Shown here: positions 1 to 9,136 of the stretch, piece after piece | How positions within the stretch are numbered: position 1 is the stretch's first letter | Layout: every line of letters starts with the position of its first letter | From: Thraustochytrium aureum | Taxonomy: Eukaryota | Direction of reading: 5' to 3' | Assembly: GCA_012862495.1 (NCBI GenBank) | Contig: BLSG01000427.1 | Location: 195,628 to 229,223 of the forward strand | Length of the DNA stretch: 33,596 bases | Program-made: the position numbers and the translations under genes | The notes under the pieces: model-generated | The model's input: the letters and a program-made list of their open reading frames with translations, nothing else | Told to the model about the DNA's origin: nothing | The model's database searches: none

Positions 1-25
1 AGCGGTCTTGCGACGAAGGCCGGCC

Positions 26-604
26 ATGGCGCAGTCTGCAAGCGGCGCGACCGAGGACGCGGCGAGAGCTGCAGACGCGACAGAGGCGCGCGACCTGCGC
101 GGCTCGCTCGAGCGCGCAGACACCGCGTTCAGAGACCTGCTCAACCTCATCCTCAACGTGACGCGGGACGGCCCCACCACGAGCGCCCAGGCGACCAAGC
201 CGACCCTGCGCAGTGCCGCAGCGAACGGCGAGCCAGGCCGGCCTGTGGCCTTGCCTGGCGCGCCGCTCGGGCCACCGGCTGCGCCGCAGAGGGTCGCAGC
301 GCCGGCCACCGCGACCGCGACTGGAGACGGCGAGGAGGCCGACGAGCAGCAGAAGCGGCTGATCAACCGCGTGCTGATCAACTGCAAGGCGCTTGAAAAC
401 CACTTTGCAAATCAGGAGCCCGCGGCGAGTGCGGCCAGGGTCCGCCGCGAGACGGCGCTGCTCGAGGCGGAGCTCAAGGAGAAGGACGCGCTGCTGCTGC
501 GCGCCGAGCGCGACCTGGCGGCCTGGTCAGCCCTGCTCGTGGCCGCGGAGCCGCCGGCAGTAGCAGCCGCGGGAGCGCAGCCAGGCACTGACGCGTCGAG
601 CTGA
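26..604 (+). CDS. Mediator subunit Med28-like coiled-coil protein
   Basis: ATG at 26, TGA at 602-604. The C-terminal helix RRETALLEAELKEKDALLLRAERDLAAWSALL, preceded by NCKALENHF, resembles the Med28 pattern (..L..EL..KD.L.......L..W...L) as I recall it. Not confirmed by a search. Confidence 0.5.
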   Translation: MAQSASGATEDAARAADATEARDLRGSLERADTAFRDLLNLILNVTRDGPTTSAQATKPTLRSAAANGEPGRPVALPGAPLGPPAAPQRVAAPATATATGDGEEADEQQKRLINRVLINCKALENHFANQEPAASAARVRRETALLEAELKEKDALLLRAERDLAAWSALLVAAEPPAVAAAGAQPGTDASS

Positions 605-845
605 GCAGGCAGGCGCTTGGGCGGATGGGTGGCTGGTTGTTGGCGGCAGAGCTGTCCAGAGTCGTTTTGGATTTTTCCTTTTTGTACGGTTTATGTTGGG
701 GTTTTTGCTGGTGTGATAGTCGCTCGCGGCGGGGCGTTGTAGCTCCCACTGTCGCCGCCCGTCGCTCGGGACTGGACCCGAGGCAAAAGGCGTGCGGCTC
801 GCCACCGCGCGCGGGCGTTGTGCTACATCGGATCAGTCGGCAGGG

Positions 846-1350
846 TTAGATCTCATCAAAGGTAAACGCGCAGTCGTCCTCGCCCTCCTCTTCCTCGTTC
901 ACAGCGCCTTCGTTAATCTTGGCCGTGTCGGGGATCTCCTTGTACGCCTTGAGGTTGCGGGCCTCGTCCGGGTTGTACTTGAGGATCACATCTGCCTTTT
1001 CGTCCTGGTACTCGCGGAGCCCGACCAGAATAATATCACCGGCAGCTACCCAGACCTTCTTGCGCATCTTGCCGCGGATGTGGCACAACCGCTTCACGCC
1101 GTCGAAGCAGGCGGCTTCCAGCCTTCGCGCCGCCACGCACCGTCAGCCGCGGCCCCAGGCGCGCTCCGCGCGTCCACCAGCACCTTCGCCGGACACTCCG
1201 CATCGCCAGGACTCACCTTCCATTCCCGAGCATGCGCACCACCTGCGCATACTCCTGGCCGTCCTCCTTGAAGATCAACTCGCGCTTCTCCTCGCCCTCG
1301 TTCTTCCCGCGGCGCCGATTCTTGCCGCCCTTGCCCTTATTCTTCGGCAT
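846..1350 (-). CDS. EIF1A: Eukaryotic translation initiation factor 1A; exons 1350-1217 and 1122-846
   Basis: The spliced product [69 protein letters not shown]...[30 protein letters not shown]...FDEI is the canonical eIF1A sequence. Confidence 0.97.
1123..1216 (-). other. Spliceosomal intron of eIF1A (94 nt)
   Basis: Donor GTGAGT at 1216, branch GGCTGACG near 1141-1148, acceptor AAG ending at 1123. Removal restores the conserved GNGR-LEA junction. Confidence 0.9.
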
Positions 1351-1380
1351 CTCTCCCTTCCGCTACCTCAGCGCCTCCGC

Positions 1381-1460
1381 CTCCTGCTCCTCCTGCTCCT
1401 GCTGCTGCTGCTGCTGCTCCTTCGCCTGCTGCTGCTGCTCCTTCGCCTGCTGCTGCTGCC
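1381..1460. repeat. CTG/CAG-rich low-complexity repeat upstream of the eIF1A ATG (probable 5' UTR)
   Basis: Runs of ctg with a duplicated unit ctccttcgcctgctgctgctg. Confidence 0.8.
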
Positions 1461-2308
1461 AGAGAGTCTGCCCGCGCGCTGTCTCCTCCCTCCTCCTCCT
1501 CCTCGCGCCCTTCCTCCTTGCTGGCTCGCTCGTTTCTCCCGCCGCTGGCCGCCGCCCCGCAACCCTCACCCGACCCGCAATATCCACAGCGCAGGCTGCG
1601 GAATAACCACGGGCTGCCCCGCTATTTATCGCGCCCGTCGGTTAGGGCGAGGGGGCGCGCGGGGCCCTGGGGCCGGCCGAGTTGGATGGCTGCGAAACGA
1701 AAGCAACGCGCAAGCACGCAAGCAGGCAGCGCGGGGAACGGCCGCGGAATGTTCCTCGCTGCGCGGAGCGTTCGCGAACGCGGGCAGCCCAACCCACCTG
1801 CAGGCAGGCCCACTTTAGGTTATGGGGGCAGCGCGACGCTACTAGTACACTAGCACGGATGCTGCACGTCGNNNNNNNNNNNNNNNNNNNNNNNNNNNNN
1901 NNNNNNNNNNNNNNNNNNNNNNNNNNNNNNNNNNNNNNNNNNNNNNNNNNNNNNNNNNNNNNNNNNNNNNNNNNNNNNNNNNNNNNNNNNNNNNNNNNNN
2001 NNNNNNNNNNNNNNNNNNNNNNNNNNNNNNNNNNNNNNNNNNNNNNNNNNNNNNNNNNNNNNNNNNNNNNNNNNNNNNNNNNNNNNNNNNNNNNNNNNNN
2101 NNNNNNNNNNNNNNNNNNNNNNNNNNNNNNNNNNNNNNNNNNNNNNNNNNNNNNNNNNNNNNNNNNNNNNNNNNNNNNNNNNNNNNNNNNNNNNNNNNNN
2201 NNNNNNNNNNNNNNNNNNNNNNNNNNNNNNNNNNNNNNNNNNNNNNNNNNNNNNNNNNNNNNNNNNNNNNNNNNNNNNNNNNNNNNNNNNNNNNNNNNNN
2301 NNNNNNNC

Positions 2309-2368
2309 CAGGCAGCCAGGCAGCTAGGCAGCAGGGCAGCAGAGCAGCTAGGCAGCAGAGCAGCAGAG
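2309..2368. repeat. Degenerate 8-mer tandem repeat (ggcagcta/ggcagcag/agcagcag)
   Basis: Visible directly at the contig edge: ggcagcca ggcagcta ggcagcag ggcagcag agcagcta ggcagcag agcagcag. Confidence 0.7.
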
Positions 2369-2445
2369 GGCGGGGGCGTGGCAGGCAGGCGCTGGGTTGG
2401 TTGGTGGGCGGGTGGGCCACGCGGGGCGCGCGGCGGGCGGTCGGG

Positions 2446-2862
2446 ATGGAGCCCAGCCTGAGGACGAACAGGGTGTTCACGCCGGTGGCGGACTTTCCCA
2501 AGGATAGCAATGGACGCGAGATGAGGTTTGCCGACCCTGTGAAGAACGTCGAGGCGGCGGCGCAGAGGGCGCGGGAGGACTTTATCGCGTTTGAAAAGCT
2601 CGGCTTGTTGCGGAGAAGGCTGACCTTGTGCTACCGGCAGGAGGGGGTGAACCGTAAGTGGAGCAGAGGTGGCCGGCTTGCCTGGCACCAGTTTGGTAGC
2701 AGTTGTATTGGTGGTGGCGGTGGCGGTGGCGCGCACGGTGGAGCCGCGCTGACGTCAGACTTCGGCTGCGCAGACTATGCCAACTGCAGGGAGATTGCTG
2801 AGGAGTACTTCACGATGTTCAACAAGCCCAAGCATGGGGCTCTTTACGCCAACCAGGAGTGA
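2446..2862 (+). CDS. NDUFB10: NADH dehydrogenase (complex I) 1 beta subcomplex subunit 10 (PDSW); exons 2446-2653 and 2774-2862
   Basis: The spliced product ...QRAREDFIAFEKLGLLRRRLTLCYRQEGVNH/YANCREIAEEYF... contains the NDUFB10 signature CY(R)xEGVNHxxxC. Confidence 0.88.
   Translation: MEPSLRTNRVFTPVADFPKDSNGREMRFADPVKNVEAAAQRAREDFIAFEKLGLLRRRLTLCYRQEGVNRKWSRGGRLAWHQFGSSCIGGGGGGGAHGGAALTSDFGCADYANCREIAEEYFTMFNKPKHGALYANQE
2654..2773 (+). other. Spliceosomal intron of NDUFB10 (120 nt, in frame, no stop)
   Basis: GTAAGT donor, GCGCTGACG branch, CAG acceptor. Removal creates the conserved His codon (C|AC) of EGVNH. Confidence 0.88.
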
Positions 2863-3266
2863 GGGACCTCGTTCTCGTCTTGGCTGCTGGGCGCCTCAAC
2901 TGCCGGACGCCTGTTCCGCGGACCGGTCGGGTTGTGTTGGGTGGGCTGGGCGGGCGTGGCTGCGTCGCGCGCCCTTGTCACGGGGTGTGGGGCGACCGAG
3001 CAACCTTTGCGCGAACATCTTCCCCTCACCCCCTTTTCCTCTCCCCGACCACCCCCAAGTGAAGTAGAGCGCGAAGCGGGTAAGAGTAAAAGGGAGTCAA
3101 GCTTGTTCATGTGTTTGCTAGCCGGTTCGATGCGAGGCGAGCTGTGCAGCCCGCCTGCTGCTCTCTCTGCTCTGCTCAAAAAGGAGCGGAAAAGGCCCAT
3201 GGCGCACGCTTCTGCCTCGGGCGGAACGACAGCGAGCTCGAGCTAGCTGCTCGACCTCGGCGTGCG

Positions 3267-6200
3267 TCAACGTCCGCCAGCAGCCCGCAGCGCCGAGCCA
3301 GCCGCTGCAGCCTTCGCTCGGACACGCTGCGCGCCCTCCGGCCCAAGCGCGTCGACCATGCTGCAAAACTCGGAGGAGGGGTCCATGACCAGCCGCGACG
3401 GCGGGCCAACCTCCGCCACGCGGCCCTTGTGCATGACCAGAACGTTGTCAAAGTCGCAAATCGTATTGAGCCGGTGCGCAATGCACAACACCGTGCACTT
3501 GCGCCGCATCTGGAACTCCTCCTTGACCATGTTTTGCACGAGCTCGTCCGTCCGCGTGTCGATACTGCTGGTCGGCTCGTCCAGAACAAGGATGCGCGAG
3601 TCCCGAAGCGTCGCGCGCGCAAAGCTCAGCAGCTGGCGCTCCCCGCACGACCAGTTGCGCCCGCCGTCCTCGACCGGGTCGCCCAGGCCCACGCCCGACT
3701 CGCCCAGCCCAACGAGGTCTAGCGCGTGCGCAAGCTGCTCCGGTGAAAAGTCATCAAAACGGGTCGAGGTTGGTCCGCACGGTGCCCTCCATCAGGATCG
3801 GGTCCTGTGGGATGATCGTGAGGCGGCGGCGCAAGACGCCGAGGTTGATCGAGGCCACGTCGCGGCCGTCGATCGAGATTGAGCCCGCCTCCAGCTCCAC
3901 GAGGCGGAACAGAGCCGCTATCAGGCTGCTCTTGCCAGCCCCGGTCTTGCCAAACAATCCCCAAGCTCGAGTGGGCCGGGACCTCAAACGAGACCCCGCG
4001 CAAAACAAGCGGCAGGCCTGCGCGGTACCGCAGCCCCACGTCCTTGAACACGAGCTCGCCCTTCGTCGGCCAGACAGCGGCGTCCGGGCGCGGCTCGCCA
4101 TGGTCGAGCAGCGCCGGCGTCTCCTGCGGAAGCGAGTCGTACTCGAGCAGGCGCTCGTACGAGGTAAAGAACGAGTTCATGCGGATAAACACCTGGGTCG
4201 TCGTGGCGGCAAAGTAAGGGACCAGAAAGGCGTAAGCGAGCGAAATGCCAATCAGGTCCGAGCCGAACGTGTCGTGCATGACAACCAGCAGCGTCGCGCT
4301 GGTCACAGACACCACGAACGAGAGCAGCTGCGTGCACAGCATGCCCCAATTGATCACCGACCCCGCCACGAAATTGCTGCGCGCGTATTCGTCACTCGCG
4401 AGGCGGTGGCGCGCCTCAAAAAACGCGGCGCAGTCCATGACCAGGATCATCTCTCGACCCCGCGTCGCCTCGGTCGCGTTCGACAGCAGCGGCGACATCG
4501 AGTCGTTGCTCATTCGCCGCACCTCCCGCGACGTGCGGTCGAGCGCGAAGAGCATGACGCAAAAACAGGACCGCGGTCAGGACCACCACGACGGTCATCA
4601 CGGGAACGGCCAAACAGAGCACTGCCAGGAGGACGAGCAACGTGCAAATGATCTGGATCAAGTTGTCCACCGCGNNNNNNNNNNNNNNNNNNNNNNNNNN
4701 NNNNNNNNNNNNNNNNNNNNNNNNNNNNNNNNNNNNNNNNNNNNNNNNNNNNNNNNNNNNNNNNNNNNNNNNNNNNNNNNNNNNNNNNNNNNNNNNNNNN
4801 NNNNNNNNNNNNNNNNNNNNNNNNNNNNNNNNNNNNNNNNNNNNNNNNNNNNNNNNNNNNNNNNNNNNNNNNNNNNNNNNNNNNNNNNNNNNNNNNNNNN
4901 NNNNNNNNNNNNNNNNNNNNNNNNNNNNNNNNNNNNNNNNNNNNNNNNNNNNNNNNNNNNNNNNNNNNNNNNNNNNNNNNNNNNNNNNNNNNNNNNNNNN
5001 NNNNNNNNNNNNNNNNNNNNNNNNNNNNNNNNNNNNNNNNNNNNNNNNNNNNNNNNNNNNNNNNNNNNNNNNNNNNNNNNNNNNNNNNNNNNNNNNNNNN
5101 NNNNNNNNNNNNNNNNNNNNNNNNNNNNNNNNNNNNNNNNNNNNNNNNNNNNNNNNNNNNNNNNNNNNNNNNNNNNNNNNNNNNNNNNNNNNNNCTTTGC
5201 CCTCTCCCCCTCCTCGGCGTGCTGCAGCTTGGTTTCGACAAACGCCGCGAACCGTGGGTTTCGCGCCATCAAGTCCTGGTACGTGCCTTGCGCCTCCACT
5301 CGGCCTCCGTCCAGGAATACGACCCAGTCCACGCGCGACAGCAGGCCAAGCTGGTTGAGCACTACCACGCACGCCTTGTCGGGCCGGCCTTTGGCCTGCC
5401 CCAGGATCGCGTGCTCAAACATGTGCCCGCAAACCTTCGAGTCAACCGCGCTGAGTGGGTCGTCCAGAACCGTGAGGTCCGGGTCGCTGTACAAGGCGCG
5501 CGCGACGGCCATCCTGCTTTGCTGCCCGCCTGAGAGCGTGGTGCCGCGCTCGCCCACCTCGGTTTGCACCCCCGACGGCCAAGAGGGCGACATCGCTCGC
5601 GAGGCCGCTGCGTTCGAGAACAGACTGGAACCGGGCTTCGTCCAGCTCGCGGCCCAGCAGCACGTTTTGCTTGATGGTCCCGCACACCACAAAGGGCTTT
5701 TGCGGCGCAAAGCCTATCGACTGCACCGTGCGCACACCGACCTCGTCCTCCTCGCCGCCGCTTGTGCTCAGCGGGGCGATGCTCTGCACGAGCGACGCAA
5801 GCAAAGTCGACTTGCCGCTCCCAACGCCGCCCACCACCGCGACAACCGCGCCGCCGTGGACCTGCAGCGCGGCGCCGCGCAGCACGGGCTCGCCGACGAG
5901 CCAGCCCAGGTCGCAACCCCGCATCGAGGCCAGCAGTCGAGGCACGCCAGGCGCTGCGGGCCCTGGGCCGGCCTCCGGCAGCCTCCTCGCCGGGGCGCGC
6001 TCAGGGCGGCAAAAGTACGCGTTTAGTCGCTTGAGCGTGACGTCGAAGGCCATCACCGAGGTCACGCTGAGCGGTACAAAGATGAGGCCAAGCCGCAGCG
6101 CCTGAAACACGCTCACCGTCGCGTACGCGGTGGCGATCGAGAGCTCCTCGCCGCTGAGCGCGTAAAAGACCAGAGTCGCCGTGGAGGAGAGCACTGGGCT

Positions 6201-7120
6201 CGCCCGCCCCGACACGATCGACGACACGTGCGCGAGGCGGTAGTTGCGGATGTGGCGGCACTCGATGTCGCGGACGGCCGACAGCTTGGCCATGAAGCTC
6301 TCCTCCCAGCCAAAGAGCTTGACGGCGCGGATGCCCTCGATGGCGGCGCCCATCACGGAGAGCCGCTCGTCGGCTGCTCTGAGGTTGCGCTGCTCAATGC
6401 TGTGCGTGAGCTTTCCCACAGATACGTTGAGCGCCATGATGGCCAGCATGATGGCTATGCCCACGAGCGCGGGCTTGCCGATCATCACGAGCAGAACGAC
6501 GATCCCACCTACGACGCCGGTGAGCGCCATGGGCAGGTTGCTTGCCGTGCGGATGTTTTCGTACGCGCGCACCACGTCGTTGCCGATCAGCGAGGCCTCC
6601 GAGCTGCGGTCCTCCACCCCGCGCTGCGTGTCTATCCGCAGCATCTTGCTGTACACGGCGCTACTGGCGCAGTTTTGGAACTGAGTCCCGAACTCCTCGG
6701 ACAAAAGCTGCCGCCCGAGCACGCCAAACCAGCCCTCGAAAAAGACGACGCAAGCAAACACCACCACGAGCCCGATCGCTCGCGCGGTGCCCGCGCCGGC
6801 CTCCACGTTGTCGACCACGAGGGCGAGGACCAGAGGGCGCGCAACGGTCCCCAGGAGCCCTTGCGAGCAGGAGAAGAGCGACCCAAGCCAGAGCGTGCGC
6901 TTGACGTCGCTCATGCTGAACAGCGCGCGCTGGAACAGGTGCTCGGAGCCGTGCTTCTCCAGCCGCTTTTCGAACGCGGCACGAAACCGCGGGTACAGGT
7001 TGCTCGACAGGTAGCGCGCGCGGAGCCCGGGCAAGTCGCTGCGCTCCAAGCGCGCGTCCTTGTGCCTGCCCTTCATAATGAGCGAGACCATCCAGCTCAT
7101 GAACGCCCGCCCGACGAACG
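3267..7120 (-). CDS. ABC transporter subfamily C (MRP-like, TMD-NBD-TMD-NBD); 5' end in a gap, internal gap 4675-5194, four apparent +1 homopolymer frameshifts
   Basis: NBD1: [40 protein letters not shown]2: [45 protein letters not shown]. Hydrophobic TMD segments and the [10 protein letters not shown] motif typical of ABCC. Confidence 0.93.
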
Positions 7121-8015
7121 NNNNNNNNNNNNNNNNNNNNNNNNNNNNNNNNNNNNNNNNNNNNNNNNNNNNNNNNNNNNNNNNNNNNNNNNNNNNNNNN
7201 NNNNNNNNNNNNNNNNNNNNNNNNNNNNNNNNNNNNNNNNNNNNGAGAGTACTCTATAATAGTATGTTGGTACCGTTCGTTCCCCGGTGCACAGCGCGCC
7301 TCGCACTTGTCCTCGCCCACCGCCGCGCCGGCTGGTGCCCCGGGGCCTTGCGTGCCGCCGCCCCAACTGCTCTGCGGCGTTCGGTGTCTGCTTGCGCTCG
7401 GCAGCGCGCTCTGACTGCGGGTCGCCCTGCGATGCGGGTCTGCTGTTCTGCTCCTCCGCATTGCATTGCGGTGGAATCGCGCGCTACCAGACCGCAACGA
7501 AGGCCGAAGGCGGCGGCTCCGTCAGTAGCTCCGAAGGACACAGTGGCGCCCGTAGCGGCGGATCTATGTTGATGCGGGAGTAGGGGAGTTGTGGAAGCGA
7601 GGGGCAGTGGTTGGTCGGGCGGCAAGGACGGAAGGAGCGAGCTGCTGCGTTGCGGGTTGATGATGATTGTGGTGGTGGCAGCGGAGGCGCTGCCGGCCAG
7701 GGACGGGTGTGCAAGCGGGTCTACTTGCAACAGTGGCAAGGTCGTCATCGTGATGGTTTTCCTTCCGGTTTCTTGTTTGGAGAGGACTTGGCCAGCTCGG
7801 CTCGATCGCTGGACGCCACGCGATGGGATGGCCTGCGTTCACCCTGGCAGTCCGCAGGCTGACTGACCACTGGGACGACTTGGGTGGTGCGCGGGTTCTG
7901 TTGATGGGCAAGCTACAGTTCCGAATTCTCAACTGATGCGTTGCGTTCAGGACGAGCGCGAGACCTTCGGTTTGGTCTCTCGCGTGCGCTAGATGACGCT
8001 CATCACGGAGCAGCC

Positions 8016-8634
8016 TCACGGCGCGAAGCGTCCGCGGGCTTGCCTCGCTCGGCGCGCGTGCTTTTCTGGCGCCTCATCAGTCGTCACGATCGCGCGCTTA
8101 CCGCCCCGGAGCTCGACATAGTCCTCCCCTGCGGGAGAGTTGTCCTCCCCGCTGGCGCTGCCGTCACTCTCGACAGCACCCGACTCGCGCGCCCGCCGCA
8201 ATTCCTCCTCGTCACGAAATTGGTCCCAGAACGACCCGCCCCCGCCAGCGCCGCAATTGAGCATGGGTCCCACCAGCAGCTGGAGCCGCACTAGACGCTG
8301 AGACGAACTCGTCAAACTCGTCACACTCTTCACCCTCCTCCGCGACCTCCTCTTCCTCGTCCGTCGCCGCCGCCGCCACAGTCCGCGCCGCTTCGAGACA
8401 AGCCTGCTCAGCCGCGGTTTTCTCCTGCAAGCGCTCCTGCTGGCGCTGGCCTCTGCGCTGGTTCAGTTCCTGGCACACTGGCCTGACCTGACGCGCGATG
8501 GCGGCCTGGGCAAAGACCCGGCGAACGCTGTTACGCTGGCCGCACACGCGGCAGTCGAACTTGTTCGACTTTGGCTTCTGCAAGACCTGAAAGTGCTCGC
8601 AAGACCCGCACTGCGCCACGACGTAGACCGCCAT
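8016..8634 (-). CDS. MRN complex-interacting protein (MRNIP/C5orf45/UPF0544)-like Zn-ribbon protein; probable frameshift near 8255-8275
   Basis: The N-terminus MAVYVVAQCGSCEHFQVLQKPKSNKFDCRVCGQRNSVRRVFAQ...VRPVCQELN matches the MRNIP pattern CxxCxxFQ...K.W/F.CxxCG.xQ/NS. The acidic C-terminus (SFWDQFRDEEE...) continues in the adjacent frame to TGA at 8016; without correction the stop is at 8212. Confidence 0.75.
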
Positions 8635-8883
8635 GGTGGCCTGCCGCCGGCCGGTGGCACGGTTCGCAGGAGTCAAAGGCGCTGTTTTGTTCGGGTTTTT
8701 TTTGAATCTGCGTGGGCGGGCGGGCGGACCCGAGCTGGGTGCGGGCGAGCCCTGCTTGCCAGGGGCCAACGAAAGGGTCGGGACCGCGCCGGCGCTGAGG
8801 CGGTGCGCAAAGGTAAGTCGACGAGCCAAAGTCAGTCAGTGTGGTTGGTGGTGAGTACTCTCAAGTATGTACTATAGGTGAGA

Positions 8884-9103
8884 TCATGACAGGAAGATGT
8901 TGGACTTGCCCTCGATATTCGATCGGCAAATCGGGCACTTGTCGACTTCCCTGCCGCACTTGACGCAGGAGCAAATGTGCTGGCAAGGGCTGAAGAGAAG
9001 CTGGCGGTCGGCGTCCTGGCAGATTACACAGAGGAGACGATCTGCGCTGCTCGAGCCGCCCGCTGCAGGGTCCGCCCCTTGAGACGCTTCAGTGTCATGC
9101 GAA

Positions 9104-9136
<33 letters not shown>

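Noticed and set aside
919..1818. 299-aa plus-strand ORF with poly-Leu, and the many other long antisense/overlapping ORFs
   Set aside because: These are shadow ORFs of real genes in GC-rich DNA. The poly-Leu is the CTG repeat, and many other long ORFs are open only because they span N runs.
3267..7120. ABCC gene as a pseudogene or programmed-frameshift gene
   Set aside because: All breaks are +1 homopolymer events, catalytic motifs are intact, and there are no independent nonsense mutations or consistent slippery-site structure.
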